Origin: Halobacteriales archaeon QS_8_65_32
GTDB taxonomy: Archaea > Halobacteriota > Halobacteria > Halobacteriales > Halococcaceae
Length of the DNA stretch: 56,593 nucleotides
Direction: 5' to 3'
Assembly: GCA_003022925.1 (NCBI GenBank)
Contig: PXRY01000100.1
Location: forward strand, 28,111 to 84,703
Shown here: positions 38,579-46,267 of the stretch, piece by piece
Layout of the letters: every line of letters begins with the position of its first letter
Position numbering within the stretch: position 1 is the stretch's first letter
Translations under genes and position numbers: made by a program
Notes under the pieces: model-generated
Told to the model about the DNA's origin: nothing
The model's input: only the letters and a program-made list of their open reading frames with translations
Database searches by the model: none

Positions 38579-39241
38579 ATGGACGACTCGGATGGCATCG
38601 ATCGATCGGCGGCGGTTGCGCGGCTCTCCCGGCTGGTCGAGACGATAGAGAGCGAGGTCATGCCGGTGCCGGTCCGGGAGCTGTGGACCTACGGCGACGT
38701 CGCGCTCGGGCTCGATCCCGTCTCGCGGCTCGACGTCTATCTGACGAAAGACCTGCTGTTTCACGGCGAGGGCGAGCGCGAAGCCGACTTTCGCGAGTCA
38801 CACGGCGTCGAAGGCGTCGGGAAGACGGTACGCGCGGCGTGGGCCGAGCAGTTCCCCGAGTACGTCAGGGCGAACGCCAATGGCCACGTCGCACCCGAAA
38901 AGTGTCTCGCGGCACACCTCGTCGACGACGACGAGCCGATCCACGTCGAGGTGTGTAACGCGAGCTTCGAGGACAACGTCACCCAGCGCCTGCGTGGGGC
39001 GACCGCGCGGGGGAACTACGAACAGATCCTCGACCCGCGCGGAGTGTGTCTCTGGGCGGAAGGCACCCGCAGCGAGACGGCCTTTTCGAAGCTACAAGAG
39101 GGCGAGTTCGTCTTCCCGACGCTCGGAGAGGCACTTACCATGATCGGCATGGACGACGACGAAGCAGCCGAAGCCGCCGACGCGATGGCCGCCTACCGCG
39201 CTAATCAAGAAGGCGCAACGGTTCGCGGCGACGTAGTGTAG
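38579..39241 (+). CDS. Conserved hypothetical protein
   Basis: ATG 38579: MDDSDGIDRSAAVARLSRLVETIESEVMPVPVRELWTYGDVALGLDP... Good codon periodicity. The upstream part of ORF 38357 lies in the repeat. Confidence 0.65.
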   Translation: MDDSDGIDRSAAVARLSRLVETIESEVMPVPVRELWTYGDVALGLDPVSRLDVYLTKDLLFHGEGEREADFRESHGVEGVGKTVRAAWAEQFPEYVRANANGHVAPEKCLAAHLVDDDEPIHVEVCNASFEDNVTQRLRGATARGNYEQILDPRGVCLWAEGTRSETAFSKLQEGEFVFPTLGEALTMIGMDDDEAAEAADAMAAYRANQEGATVRGDVV

Positions 39242-39369
39242 CTCCACCGTCACGGCGTCGAGCGGTCACGGAATCGAGCGGCCACGGGAGCGGACACGAC
39301 CGATCGGACGGGGACGGCGCACTGGTAGCCACACACTATTTGTTCACCGCGGGAGAGGGGAGAATCGGA

Positions 39370-39657
39370 ATGAACGACGATCGAACGGCGACGCGACGAC
39401 AGACGCTTCGTACTGCCGGACTGCTGGCGGTAGCAGGACTTGCCGGCTGTGCGGCTCCCAGCGGTGGCGGCGAAGGTGAGGGTGGAGGCGAAGGGGGCGG
39501 TGAAGGTGGCGGTGGCGAAGGCGGTGGGGGGGAAGGCGAGGGCGGCGGAGAAGGTGGTGAAGGCGGCGGTGGCGAAGGAGAGGGCGGTGAAGGTGGCGGC
39601 GAGGGTAGGGGCGGCGGATACGGCGGTGGGGAGGGAGAAGGCGGCGAGGGGGGCTGA
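39370..39657 (+). CDS. Tat-signal lipoprotein with Gly/Glu low-complexity mature region
   Basis: MNDDRTATRRQTLRTAGLLAVAGLAGC (twin-arginine motif plus lipobox), then about 65 residues made almost only of G and E. Confidence 0.6.
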   Translation: MNDDRTATRRQTLRTAGLLAVAGLAGCAAPSGGGEGEGGGEGGGEGGGGEGGGGEGEGGGEGGEGGGGEGEGGEGGGEGRGGGYGGGEGEGGEGG

Positions 39658-39684
39658 CCGATCGGTGGCGGCGTCGAGGGGCGC

Positions 39685-40545
39685 TCAGTCGCTTCCGCCG
39701 CGCAGTCGTGCGACGCATTCGATGTTCCAGGCGTAACCCCGGCCGTCCTCAGTGGGGGTTTCAAGTATCAACGGGCGCTCGCCGAGGGCGTCGTCCGAAA
39801 CGATCGCCGCCATCCCCGCCGCGCCGATCTCACCCTCGCTGACGTGGGCGTGTTCGTCGGCGTTCGACCCGCGGGGGTGCTTCGAGTCGTTCAGGTGGAT
39901 GCATCGAAGGTGATCGAGTCCGACCGTCGAATCGAACGCCTCGACGGTTTCTGCCACGCCTTCGGGCGTCGAGAGATCGTAGCCCGCGGCGAAGGCGTGG
40001 GCGGTGTCGAGACAGACCCCGATATCGGTATCGGCGAGGTCCCGGACCCGCCCGAGGTGGGCGAAGTCGTCGCCGAGTTTCGTCCCGCTACCGGCGTCAC
40101 TCTCTATGAGCAACGTCACGCCCTCGGGTACGTCGAGCGCGTCGATGGCGCTCGCGGCGTTTTCCAACCCCGCCTCGACGCCCGCGCCGGTGTGTGCGCC
40201 GAGGTGGACATTCACGTACTCGATTTCCAGTTGGGCAGCGGCGTCGAGTTCTTTCTGTAGACTCGAAATCGACTTCTCGCGTAAGTCGTCCTTCGGGGTC
40301 GCGAGATTTACCAGATACGAGGAGTGAATCACCCACGGGCCGTCGATCGCGTCCTCGCTTTCGTCTCTGAAGCGTTCGGCGATGTCGGCGTCGATCGGCG
40401 GTTGCTTCCAGACCTGCGGGGAGTGGGTGAACACCTGCCCGCAGTTGCCGCCGACGTCGAGCTGGCGCTCTACTGCGTTGTCGATCCCGCCGGCGACCGA
40501 GACGTGCGCGCCGACGTGTGCCGCGTGCGTGTCGGACGTAACCAT
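39685..40545 (-). CDS. nfo: Deoxyribonuclease IV (endonuclease IV)
   Basis: [55 protein letters not shown].. (AP endonuclease family 2 metal ligands). Confidence 0.9.
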   Translation of the reverse strand: MVTSDTHAAHVGAHVSVAGGIDNAVERQLDVGGNCGQVFTHSPQVWKQPPIDADIAERFRDESEDAIDGPWVIHSSYLVNLATPKDDLREKSISSLQKELDAAAQLEIEYVNVHLGAHTGAGVEAGLENAASAIDALDVPEGVTLLIESDAGSGTKLGDDFAHLGRVRDLADTDIGVCLDTAHAFAAGYDLSTPEGVAETVEAFDSTVGLDHLRCIHLNDSKHPRGSNADEHAHVSEGEIGAAGMAAIVSDDALGERPLILETPTEDGRGYAWNIECVARLRGGSD

Positions 40546-40651
40546 GGTCGCGCTCCGGCCGGTGCGAACATAGCGGCTTCGACTTCCCGGCTCGTCGTTC
40601 GACCCGGCGAAGGGGTTTTAGCTCCTGTATACGTGCATACGTACGTAATCG

Positions 40652-40903
40652 ATGGGGACGAAGACGATCAGCCTCGACGACGCAGCATACGATCGCCTGC
40701 GCGCGGAAACCGCGAGGACGAGAGCTTCAGCGATGCGGTCAAACGGATCACCGATGTCGTGGCAGCGGATTGGCGGCGCGGGTTCGGCCGGTACGGCGAG
40801 GACGAGGCGGATGCCGACGTGTTCGAGGAGACGATGCAGCGGTTTGGCGCGATCACGCCGAGGAGTTCGTCTGGAACTGGTGACTGTCTATGTCGAACAG
40901 TAG
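40652..40903 (+). pseudogene. Archaeal VapB-like antitoxin (DUF217-like), frameshifted, no cognate toxin
   Basis: MGTKTISLDDAAYDRLRAE continues as REDESFSDAVKRITDVVAADWRRGFGRYGEDEADADVFEE in another frame, with the shift at about 40705 (gaaaccgcgagg). The downstream sequence runs into the CRISPR remnant instead of a PIN-domain gene. Confidence 0.55.
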
Positions 40904-41147
40904 ATCGGGATAACCTCAACCTCAACCTCATAGGGAGTTCGTTTGCAACCCGGTTCATCGGTCACCGTCTCGGCGTCGTCAACGTCGCTTCAATCCCACA
41001 AAGAGTTCGTCTGTAACTCGGCACGGGGGTGATCGGCGATGACTGAACAAGCTTCGATCCCACAAGGAGGTCGTCCGTAACGCAGACAGAGATGTCTGGT
41101 TTCCGCATCGGATGCAGCTTCGATCCCACAAAGAGTTCGTCTGTAAC
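40847..41147 (-). CRISPR. Orphan CRISPR remnant: three good and two degenerate repeats, haloarchaeal type I-B-like
   Basis: The minus-strand repeat is GTTACAGACGAACTCTTTGTGGGATTGAAGC, at 40987-41017, 41051-41081 (variant) and 41117-41147. Degenerate copies lie at 40919-40949 (22/31) and 40847-40877 (3' half only). Spacers are 33-41 nt. Confidence 0.8.
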
Positions 41148-41327
41148 GATGCCAGATCCGCGAGGGACAGAGTCCGTATCCGTCGCTAGGTACATAGTGT
41201 TTCCGTCGACCTCCGATACCCAGCTCACCCCCGGGGAGTCGATGGAAACCAGTGGCTCGGACGGCCGAGGGTGATCGGACTCGCGTCCGGCGAGGATACA
41301 AATACCGGGATCGGAGCAAAACGTCTC

Positions 41328-41775
41328 ATGGACGAACCGGTCGGCCTCACGGTCGGCGAGCAGGCTCCCGACGCCGCCGCGACGCTCGTTCGCCCCGGCG
41401 GCGAGACCGAACGCGTGGCGCTGTCGGCGCTGGTTCGCGAGCGCCCGGTACTGCTCTCGTTTTACCCGATCGATTTCAGCCCCGATTGCATCCGAGAGTG
41501 GTGTGCGTTCCGCGACTTCGAGTGGTTCGCGAGCGGCGAGAACAACCGATCTCGGGCTCGCGGACGCCTTCGGCGTCAAATACCGGGCCTTCGGCGTCTC
41601 GACGTGCGCCCGCCGGTCGTGTTCCCTCGTTGACGAAGACAGGGAGGTCAGGTATCGTTGGGTCGCCGAACACTGGCTCGATCCGACGCGAGACGTCCCC
41701 TCGATGGCCGAACTGTCGACGGGGATCCGCGAGGCACTCGACATCGAAGCCCCCGATCGCTTCGGGATGGCCTGA
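41328..41775 (+). pseudogene. Peroxiredoxin/redoxin family protein, internally deleted and frameshifted
   Basis: MDEPVGLTVGEQAPDAAA..PVLLSFYPIDFSPDCIREWCAFRDFEWFASGENN switches frame near 41545 to DLGLADAFGVKYRAFG..RRSCSLVDEDREVRYRWV. The Cys-to-beta-strand spacing is about 30 residues shorter than in BCP-type peroxiredoxins. Confidence 0.6.
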
Positions 41776-41873
41776 GCGGTGAGCGAACGGCAGCGAGACG
41801 TTCGGATCGGTCTGAGGCAGGTCCGTGCGTCGCGAACCGACCCGGGCGCTGACACGATCGACCAGCCGATCGG

Positions 41874-42722
41874 CTAGCGTGTCGCCCGACCGGTCGTCAG
41901 GCCCCGGTTCCACTCGTCCGTGGCGTACTTCCCTTCCGCACGTTCGTGTGCACGCGAGAGTTCGTCGTCGGTCCACTCGCCCGCATCGGCGTTCGCCCAC
42001 TCGCGAAGCGTTCGGGCGAGAGTCTCGACCGCTTCGTTGCGACCGACGGCGGCGTGGGCGTCGATGCCGGTCACTCGCTCGCAAAAATCCCGTAGAGTGG
42101 CGTCGGGGTCGGCGAAGACCGCGAGGTGACGGTCGGCGTCGACGGAGTAGGTGAGCGAGCCGTGCTGGACGACCGCATCCCGGCGGCGGTACTGGGCGTT
42201 GCCGCTCACTTTTTTCTCGCCGCCGTCCTGGCTGTCCTCTCCGTCCCCGCTCACGACGACGTCGTGGGCCGGGTGCAGCGCCCGCAGGTAACAGGCAGGC
42301 TCGTAGATCGCCGGCTGTGAAGCCTCGGCGAAGCGCGCGTCGACGCCCAGCCGCGAGAACGCCGCCAAGACCGGCTCGCAGAGTCGTTCGTACGAGTCCA
42401 TGAGGTCGCCGGGGAGTTCCTCGACGGGCGCGACGATCGAATAGGAGACGTCGCCCCACGAGTCATGATAGATCCCCCCGCCGCCAGTCTGGCGGCGCAC
42501 GACGTCGATCCCCTCGCGCTCGCAGAACTCCCAGTCGACGGTTTCGGGCGCTTGGTGGTAGCCGAGCGAGAGGGTCGCGGGCTCCCAGCGGTAGACCCGG
42601 AGGGTCCGCGGGCCACCGGCGGCGGCGGTTTCGGCGGCTATCTCGTCGAGCGCCATGTTCATCGCCCCGCCGCGGACGTCCTCAGCGATGAGTCGCCAGT
42701 CCCGGTCGGCGAGCGTCGTCAT
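41874..42722 (-). CDS. lplA: Lipoate--protein ligase A family protein
   Basis: MTTLADRDWRLI..GAMNMALDEIAAE..LRVYRWEPATLSLGYHQ..VVRRQTGGGGIYHD..KVSGNAQYRR. ATG at 42722. Confidence 0.85.
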   Translation of the reverse strand: MTTLADRDWRLIAEDVRGGAMNMALDEIAAETAAAGGPRTLRVYRWEPATLSLGYHQAPETVDWEFCEREGIDVVRRQTGGGGIYHDSWGDVSYSIVAPVEELPGDLMDSYERLCEPVLAAFSRLGVDARFAEASQPAIYEPACYLRALHPAHDVVVSGDGEDSQDGGEKKVSGNAQYRRRDAVVQHGSLTYSVDADRHLAVFADPDATLRDFCERVTGIDAHAAVGRNEAVETLARTLREWANADAGEWTDDELSRAHERAEGKYATDEWNRGLTTGRATR

Positions 42723-42850
42723 AGTTCGAGAAGGGGCCAGGACCCGAAAGCGATTGCGATGATCGAAGTCCGAAACGTGCGAGCCCACTGCTGCGATGAT
42801 TGGATACACCGGGTGAACGGACACGCCCTGGCGAAGGTTGGGTTAGTTTA

Positions 42851-43197
42851 GCAGCTTTCAGGAAGATCCGCTGAGACCGTTTTAGAAGCCCCCGACCGCT
42901 CGGCTTCTGCTCATGGGCCGGAGGCCCGTTCGCATGGTCCGCGGGGCTCTTCGAGTCCCGCGTGGTTCGGGAGGACGGAGTTCTCCCGTCATCACGAGAG
43001 AGCTTTGCTCTCTCGAACGACTACCCGCGGCTCGCTGTCGTTCAAAAGGCCGCGCGAGGCGCGGCCTTTTGTGATGACGAAAGGCGCTTCGCGCTTTTCG
43101 TTATGCCGAGAGACGCGAAGCGTCTCTCGTAGCACTCTCCCGAGCTAACGGGCGCTTCGCGCCCGTGACCGCCCGGCCCCTTCCAGTCCCACCCGAA
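42851..43197 (-). repeat. Mosaic hairpin element, copy 6 (complete)
   Basis: The + strand begins GCAGCTTTCAGGAAGATCCGCTGAGACCGTTTTAGAAGCCCCCG (right terminus, reverse complement), holds 8 hairpins, and ends CGCCCGGCCCCTTCCAGTCCCACCCGAACC (left terminus, reverse complement). Confidence 0.9.
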
Positions 43198-43288
43198 CCG
43201 GTTCCGTCGGTTTTTATTGCCTAACCAGACACCGCCGTGGCGAACCGATACCTCATGGCGACGGCGACCGTTCGACGGGACAGCGACG

Positions 43289-43999
43289 ATGGCAGGGCAC
43301 GATCAAATCCACGGAGGCGAATGGAACGACGGGAACAGACGCGACAGCGGAACAGATCAAAAAGAGTTAAAAGCGACCGAAAGGCCGCAATTCAGGCGAT
43401 ACGAGCCGGCCGACGCCGACGCCGTGTGGGAGTTACACGAGCGGGCACTGCGCGATGCCGGTACCGACCCGGCGGACGTCCCGGGTACCGAGGACCTCCG
43501 CCGGATCGAAGCGGCCTACCTCGATGTCGGCGGCGAGTTCCTGATCGGTGTCGTTCCCGCGACCGAGGACGAGAACGTAAACGGAAACCCGCGCGACGAT
43601 CCCGGGGCCGAAGCCGAGGACGACGGCGCGAGTCCGGAGCGTCGAACGCACCGCCGGCCGTCACGTGCGCGGGAGCTACGCACCGACGACGGCCTACTCG
43701 TCGCGATGGGTGGGTTCGTCCCTCGCGAGGCGAGCGACGCGGGCAAGCGAACGCTCGCCGGGGCGGCCGAACTCCACCGGATGCGGGTCGCCCCGGCCGT
43801 CCAGCGGCGCGGGTACGGCCGGGAGCTACTGGAGCGCGTGGAAAGGCGGGCCGCCGACTCAGGGTTCGACCGACTGCTCGCAACGACCGCGCGCAACCAG
43901 TCGGCGGCAATCGCCTTCTATCCCGCAGCGGGGTACGAACGCGTCGGCGAGTCGACCGACTCGGGCTATCGGTTGCTCCACTTCGAGAAACGACTGTGA
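43289..43999 (+). CDS. GNAT family N-acetyltransferase with acidic insertion
   Basis: FRRYEPADADAVWELHERAL... and the acetyl-CoA motif LHRMRVAPAVQRRGYGRELLERVERRA..AIAFYPAAGYE. The start is uncertain (ATG 43289). Confidence 0.75.
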   Translation: MAGHDQIHGGEWNDGNRRDSGTDQKELKATERPQFRRYEPADADAVWELHERALRDAGTDPADVPGTEDLRRIEAAYLDVGGEFLIGVVPATEDENVNGNPRDDPGAEAEDDGASPERRTHRRPSRARELRTDDGLLVAMGGFVPREASDAGKRTLAGAAELHRMRVAPAVQRRGYGRELLERVERRAADSGFDRLLATTARNQSAAIAFYPAAGYERVGESTDSGYRLLHFEKRL

Positions 44000-44100
44000 A
44001 TCGGCGTTGGCCTGCTTCGTGGTCGATCCGGACCGAATCACGTCGGATCGGTCGCTCGACTCGATACGACACGGTACCGATATTGGATCAGAAGCCGGGA

Positions 44101-44490
44101 TCAGTCTCCGACACGCGCGGCGATCGCGTCGCGGGCGTTCTCCGCACAGTCGCGATCCCCGCGGCCAAAGTGCAGGGTGTTCTCGTTGATCGGGTCGCTG
44201 AGCAATCCCCCGGAGTCGACCGCGACGCCGGCTTGCTCGATCTGGATGTAGCCGATGGTGATCCCCGCCGAGTAATCGACCCCCCGGAGTTCGTCGACCG
44301 GGATCGTCTTGTCGTCGAACTTCGAGCGCGGGACCCGTTCGATGACGACGCGGTCGTCATGCACCGCGAGGGTCCCGTCCTGGAACTCACAGACAACGAC
44401 GGCATCGGCGTGGGCGTCCGCGTGTTCGGCCGCCGGATCGGTGCCCGTCGGTTCACCGTCGTCCCGGTTCCACGGGAGCTTCACCATCAC
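44101..44490 (-). CDS. PH-like domain hypothetical protein
   Basis: 129 aa: ..VVVCEFQDGTLAVHDDRVVIERVPRSKFDDKTIPVDELRGVDYSAGITIGYIQIEQ.., a bacterial/archaeal PH-like pattern. The assignment is weak. Confidence 0.55.
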   Translation of the reverse strand: MMVKLPWNRDDGEPTGTDPAAEHADAHADAVVVCEFQDGTLAVHDDRVVIERVPRSKFDDKTIPVDELRGVDYSAGITIGYIQIEQAGVAVDSGGLLSDPINENTLHFGRGDRDCAENARDAIAARVGD

Positions 44491-44877
44491 TGTTCCGTAC
44501 TTCGGAGCCTCTCAAAAAGGGTTTGCCCGCCGCCGTCGAACCCGAACCGCTGTGTGCCACGGCCGGCGAACGGCACGGCTGTGAGCCAGACGGGCGATCG
44601 ACTCAGTGGCGACTTACTCCTCGGTGTGCGGGCCGGTCTATTCGTCGTCAACCTGGAAGGGGACTTCGTCGGGCGGCAGGTAGCGGCGAACGGGGGCGCG
44701 TCCCCTACGAGGGACACGGCTATGAGGTCCGTTGCCACGAGTTCGACAAGCCCCTATGAGAAGGCACCGACGAGTCAGCGCCCGGCCCGGTAGCTCGACG
44801 ATGTATCGACCGGAGAAGTACGGCTCCACTGGTCGGCATCGAAGAGTTTTCGCCGGCCCGTCCCCGAGAAGTAGGAA

Positions 44878-46233
44878 GTGACGAGAGTCCTCCATTACGC
44901 CGACCTCGAAAGCGCCTACGACGATCCCGAACGGATCGGTCGGCTAGCCGGACTCGTTCGAAGCCGGCGGGACGGCGAGACGATCGTCGTGGGAAGCGGC
45001 GACAACACGGGCCCCGGCGTCCTGGCACTGAAGACGAACGGCCGGCAGTCGCTCGATTTCTTCCGCGCCGTCGATCCGGACGCCGATACGTTCGGCAATC
45101 ACGAGTTCGATTACGAACCGGAGACGACCCGAGGGCTCGTCCGCGAGTCGCCACAAACGTGGGTGTGTGCGAACGCTTTCGACGGTGACGAGCCCTTTGC
45201 CGTCGAGGAGGGCGTCGTTCCGTGGACCGTCGTCGGGACGACAAGCAGCCAGGTCGGCGTGTTCGGCGTCGCCTCGCCCGACACCGGTGACATATCGCCG
45301 CCTGCGGCGTCGCTCTCGTTCACCGATCCGATCGACGCCGCCCGCGACGCGGTCGCCGCCCTTCGCGAGCGGGACGTCGATCGCGTTCTCGGCCTCTCAC
45401 ACTGCGGCGACGACGACGATCTCGCGGCGGCGATCGAGGCGGACGCAATCTGCGGCGGTCACTATCACGAGCCGCGCGAAGACATCGTGGCCGACACGCT
45501 GGTCGTCCGTCCCGGTGCCAGTGGCGAGCACCTCGTCGAGGTCGATCTCGACACCGATAGGCCGACGGCGACCTGGCACACCGTTACCGACGGTCCGCTC
45601 GACGAGGGGGTCGCAGACCGTCTGCGCGAGCGGATGCGGGCGGTCGGTCTCGACGAGGTCGTCACGACGCTCGATGTGCCGATCGACCGACGGCCAATGC
45701 TCGGCGAGACCGCCGTCGGCAACTTCATTGCCGATGCCTTCCGGCACGCCGGCGAGACGGACGTCGGTCTCGTCCACGCGGGGTCCGTCCGGGATACGAA
45801 CGAGCCGTTCGTCGGCGAGGTGACCGTTGGCGATCTCGTTTCGCTGCTTCCGTTCGATAACGAGTTGGTGACGCTCGAACTCTCCGGTCGGGAACTCCGA
45901 GAGACGGCGCGTCTGGCGAGCGGTAGCCACCTCGATCTCCCCGACGAACGCTGGTGGCCGGGCCACTTCAGCAACGTCACGATCGTCTGGGATCACCCGT
46001 CCCGGGAGCTCGTAGATGGGACGGTCGGCGGCGAGCCGATCGACGACGAGCGAACCTATACGCTGACGACGTTCGACTACAACATCACGTACGATCCGCT
46101 GTTCCCCCGTCTGACCGACGAGCGCGTCCTCGAAACCATCGGCTCACAGCACGACGCCATGATCGCGTACGCTCGGGAGTTCGGCATTCCGACCGAAACC
46201 GACGGGCGCTTGATCCGACACGGACTGGAATAG
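44878..46233 (+). CDS. Bifunctional metallophosphatase/5'-nucleotidase, paralog 1
   Basis: VLHYADLESAYD..VGSGDNTGPG..FGNHEFDY..LSHCG..GGHYHE plus a C-terminal 5'-nucleotidase domain. GTG start. Confidence 0.85.
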   Translation: MTRVLHYADLESAYDDPERIGRLAGLVRSRRDGETIVVGSGDNTGPGVLALKTNGRQSLDFFRAVDPDADTFGNHEFDYEPETTRGLVRESPQTWVCANAFDGDEPFAVEEGVVPWTVVGTTSSQVGVFGVASPDTGDISPPAASLSFTDPIDAARDAVAALRERDVDRVLGLSHCGDDDDLAAAIEADAICGGHYHEPREDIVADTLVVRPGASGEHLVEVDLDTDRPTATWHTVTDGPLDEGVADRLRERMRAVGLDEVVTTLDVPIDRRPMLGETAVGNFIADAFRHAGETDVGLVHAGSVRDTNEPFVGEVTVGDLVSLLPFDNELVTLELSGRELRETARLASGSHLDLPDERWWPGHFSNVTIVWDHPSRELVDGTVGGEPIDDERTYTLTTFDYNITYDPLFPRLTDERVLETIGSQHDAMIAYAREFGIPTETDGRLIRHGLE

Positions 46234-46267
46234 ATGTCGAACACCCCTACCGGACCGACCTCATAGC

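Noticed and set aside
39336-39764. Pro/Ser-rich ORF antisense to the Gly/Glu lipoprotein gene
   Set aside because: It is the mirror image of the polypurine tract. It has no signal or start context and overlaps the 3' end of nfo. The + strand ORF has a complete Tat signal and lipobox.
41476-42459. 327-aa Arg-rich ORF overlapping lplA in another frame
   Set aside because: It has extreme Arg/Pro/Gly content, and the lplA frame shows the conserved lipoate-protein ligase motifs.
42851-43197. Classifying the mosaic element as a classical MITE
   Set aside because: The terminal similarity is limited to about 7 nt (CTGGAAG versus CAGGAAG). No target-site duplications were evident by eye and no transposase is in the window. 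A non-autonomous mobile origin remains possible but is unproven, so the neutral label repeat is used.
43237-44793. 518-aa Arg-rich ORF overlapping the GNAT gene frame and the PH-like gene region
   Set aside because: Typical high-GC shadow ORF: more than a quarter of residues are Arg, and there are no motifs. The overlapping frames encode recognisable GNAT and PH-like proteins.
44491-44877. Possible small gene in the 390-nt spacer before the first 5'-nucleotidase (ORFs 44523-44759 + and 44638-44895 -)
   Set aside because: Both candidate ORFs are Arg/Gly/Cys-rich, lack convincing codon periodicity or motifs, and overlap each other.
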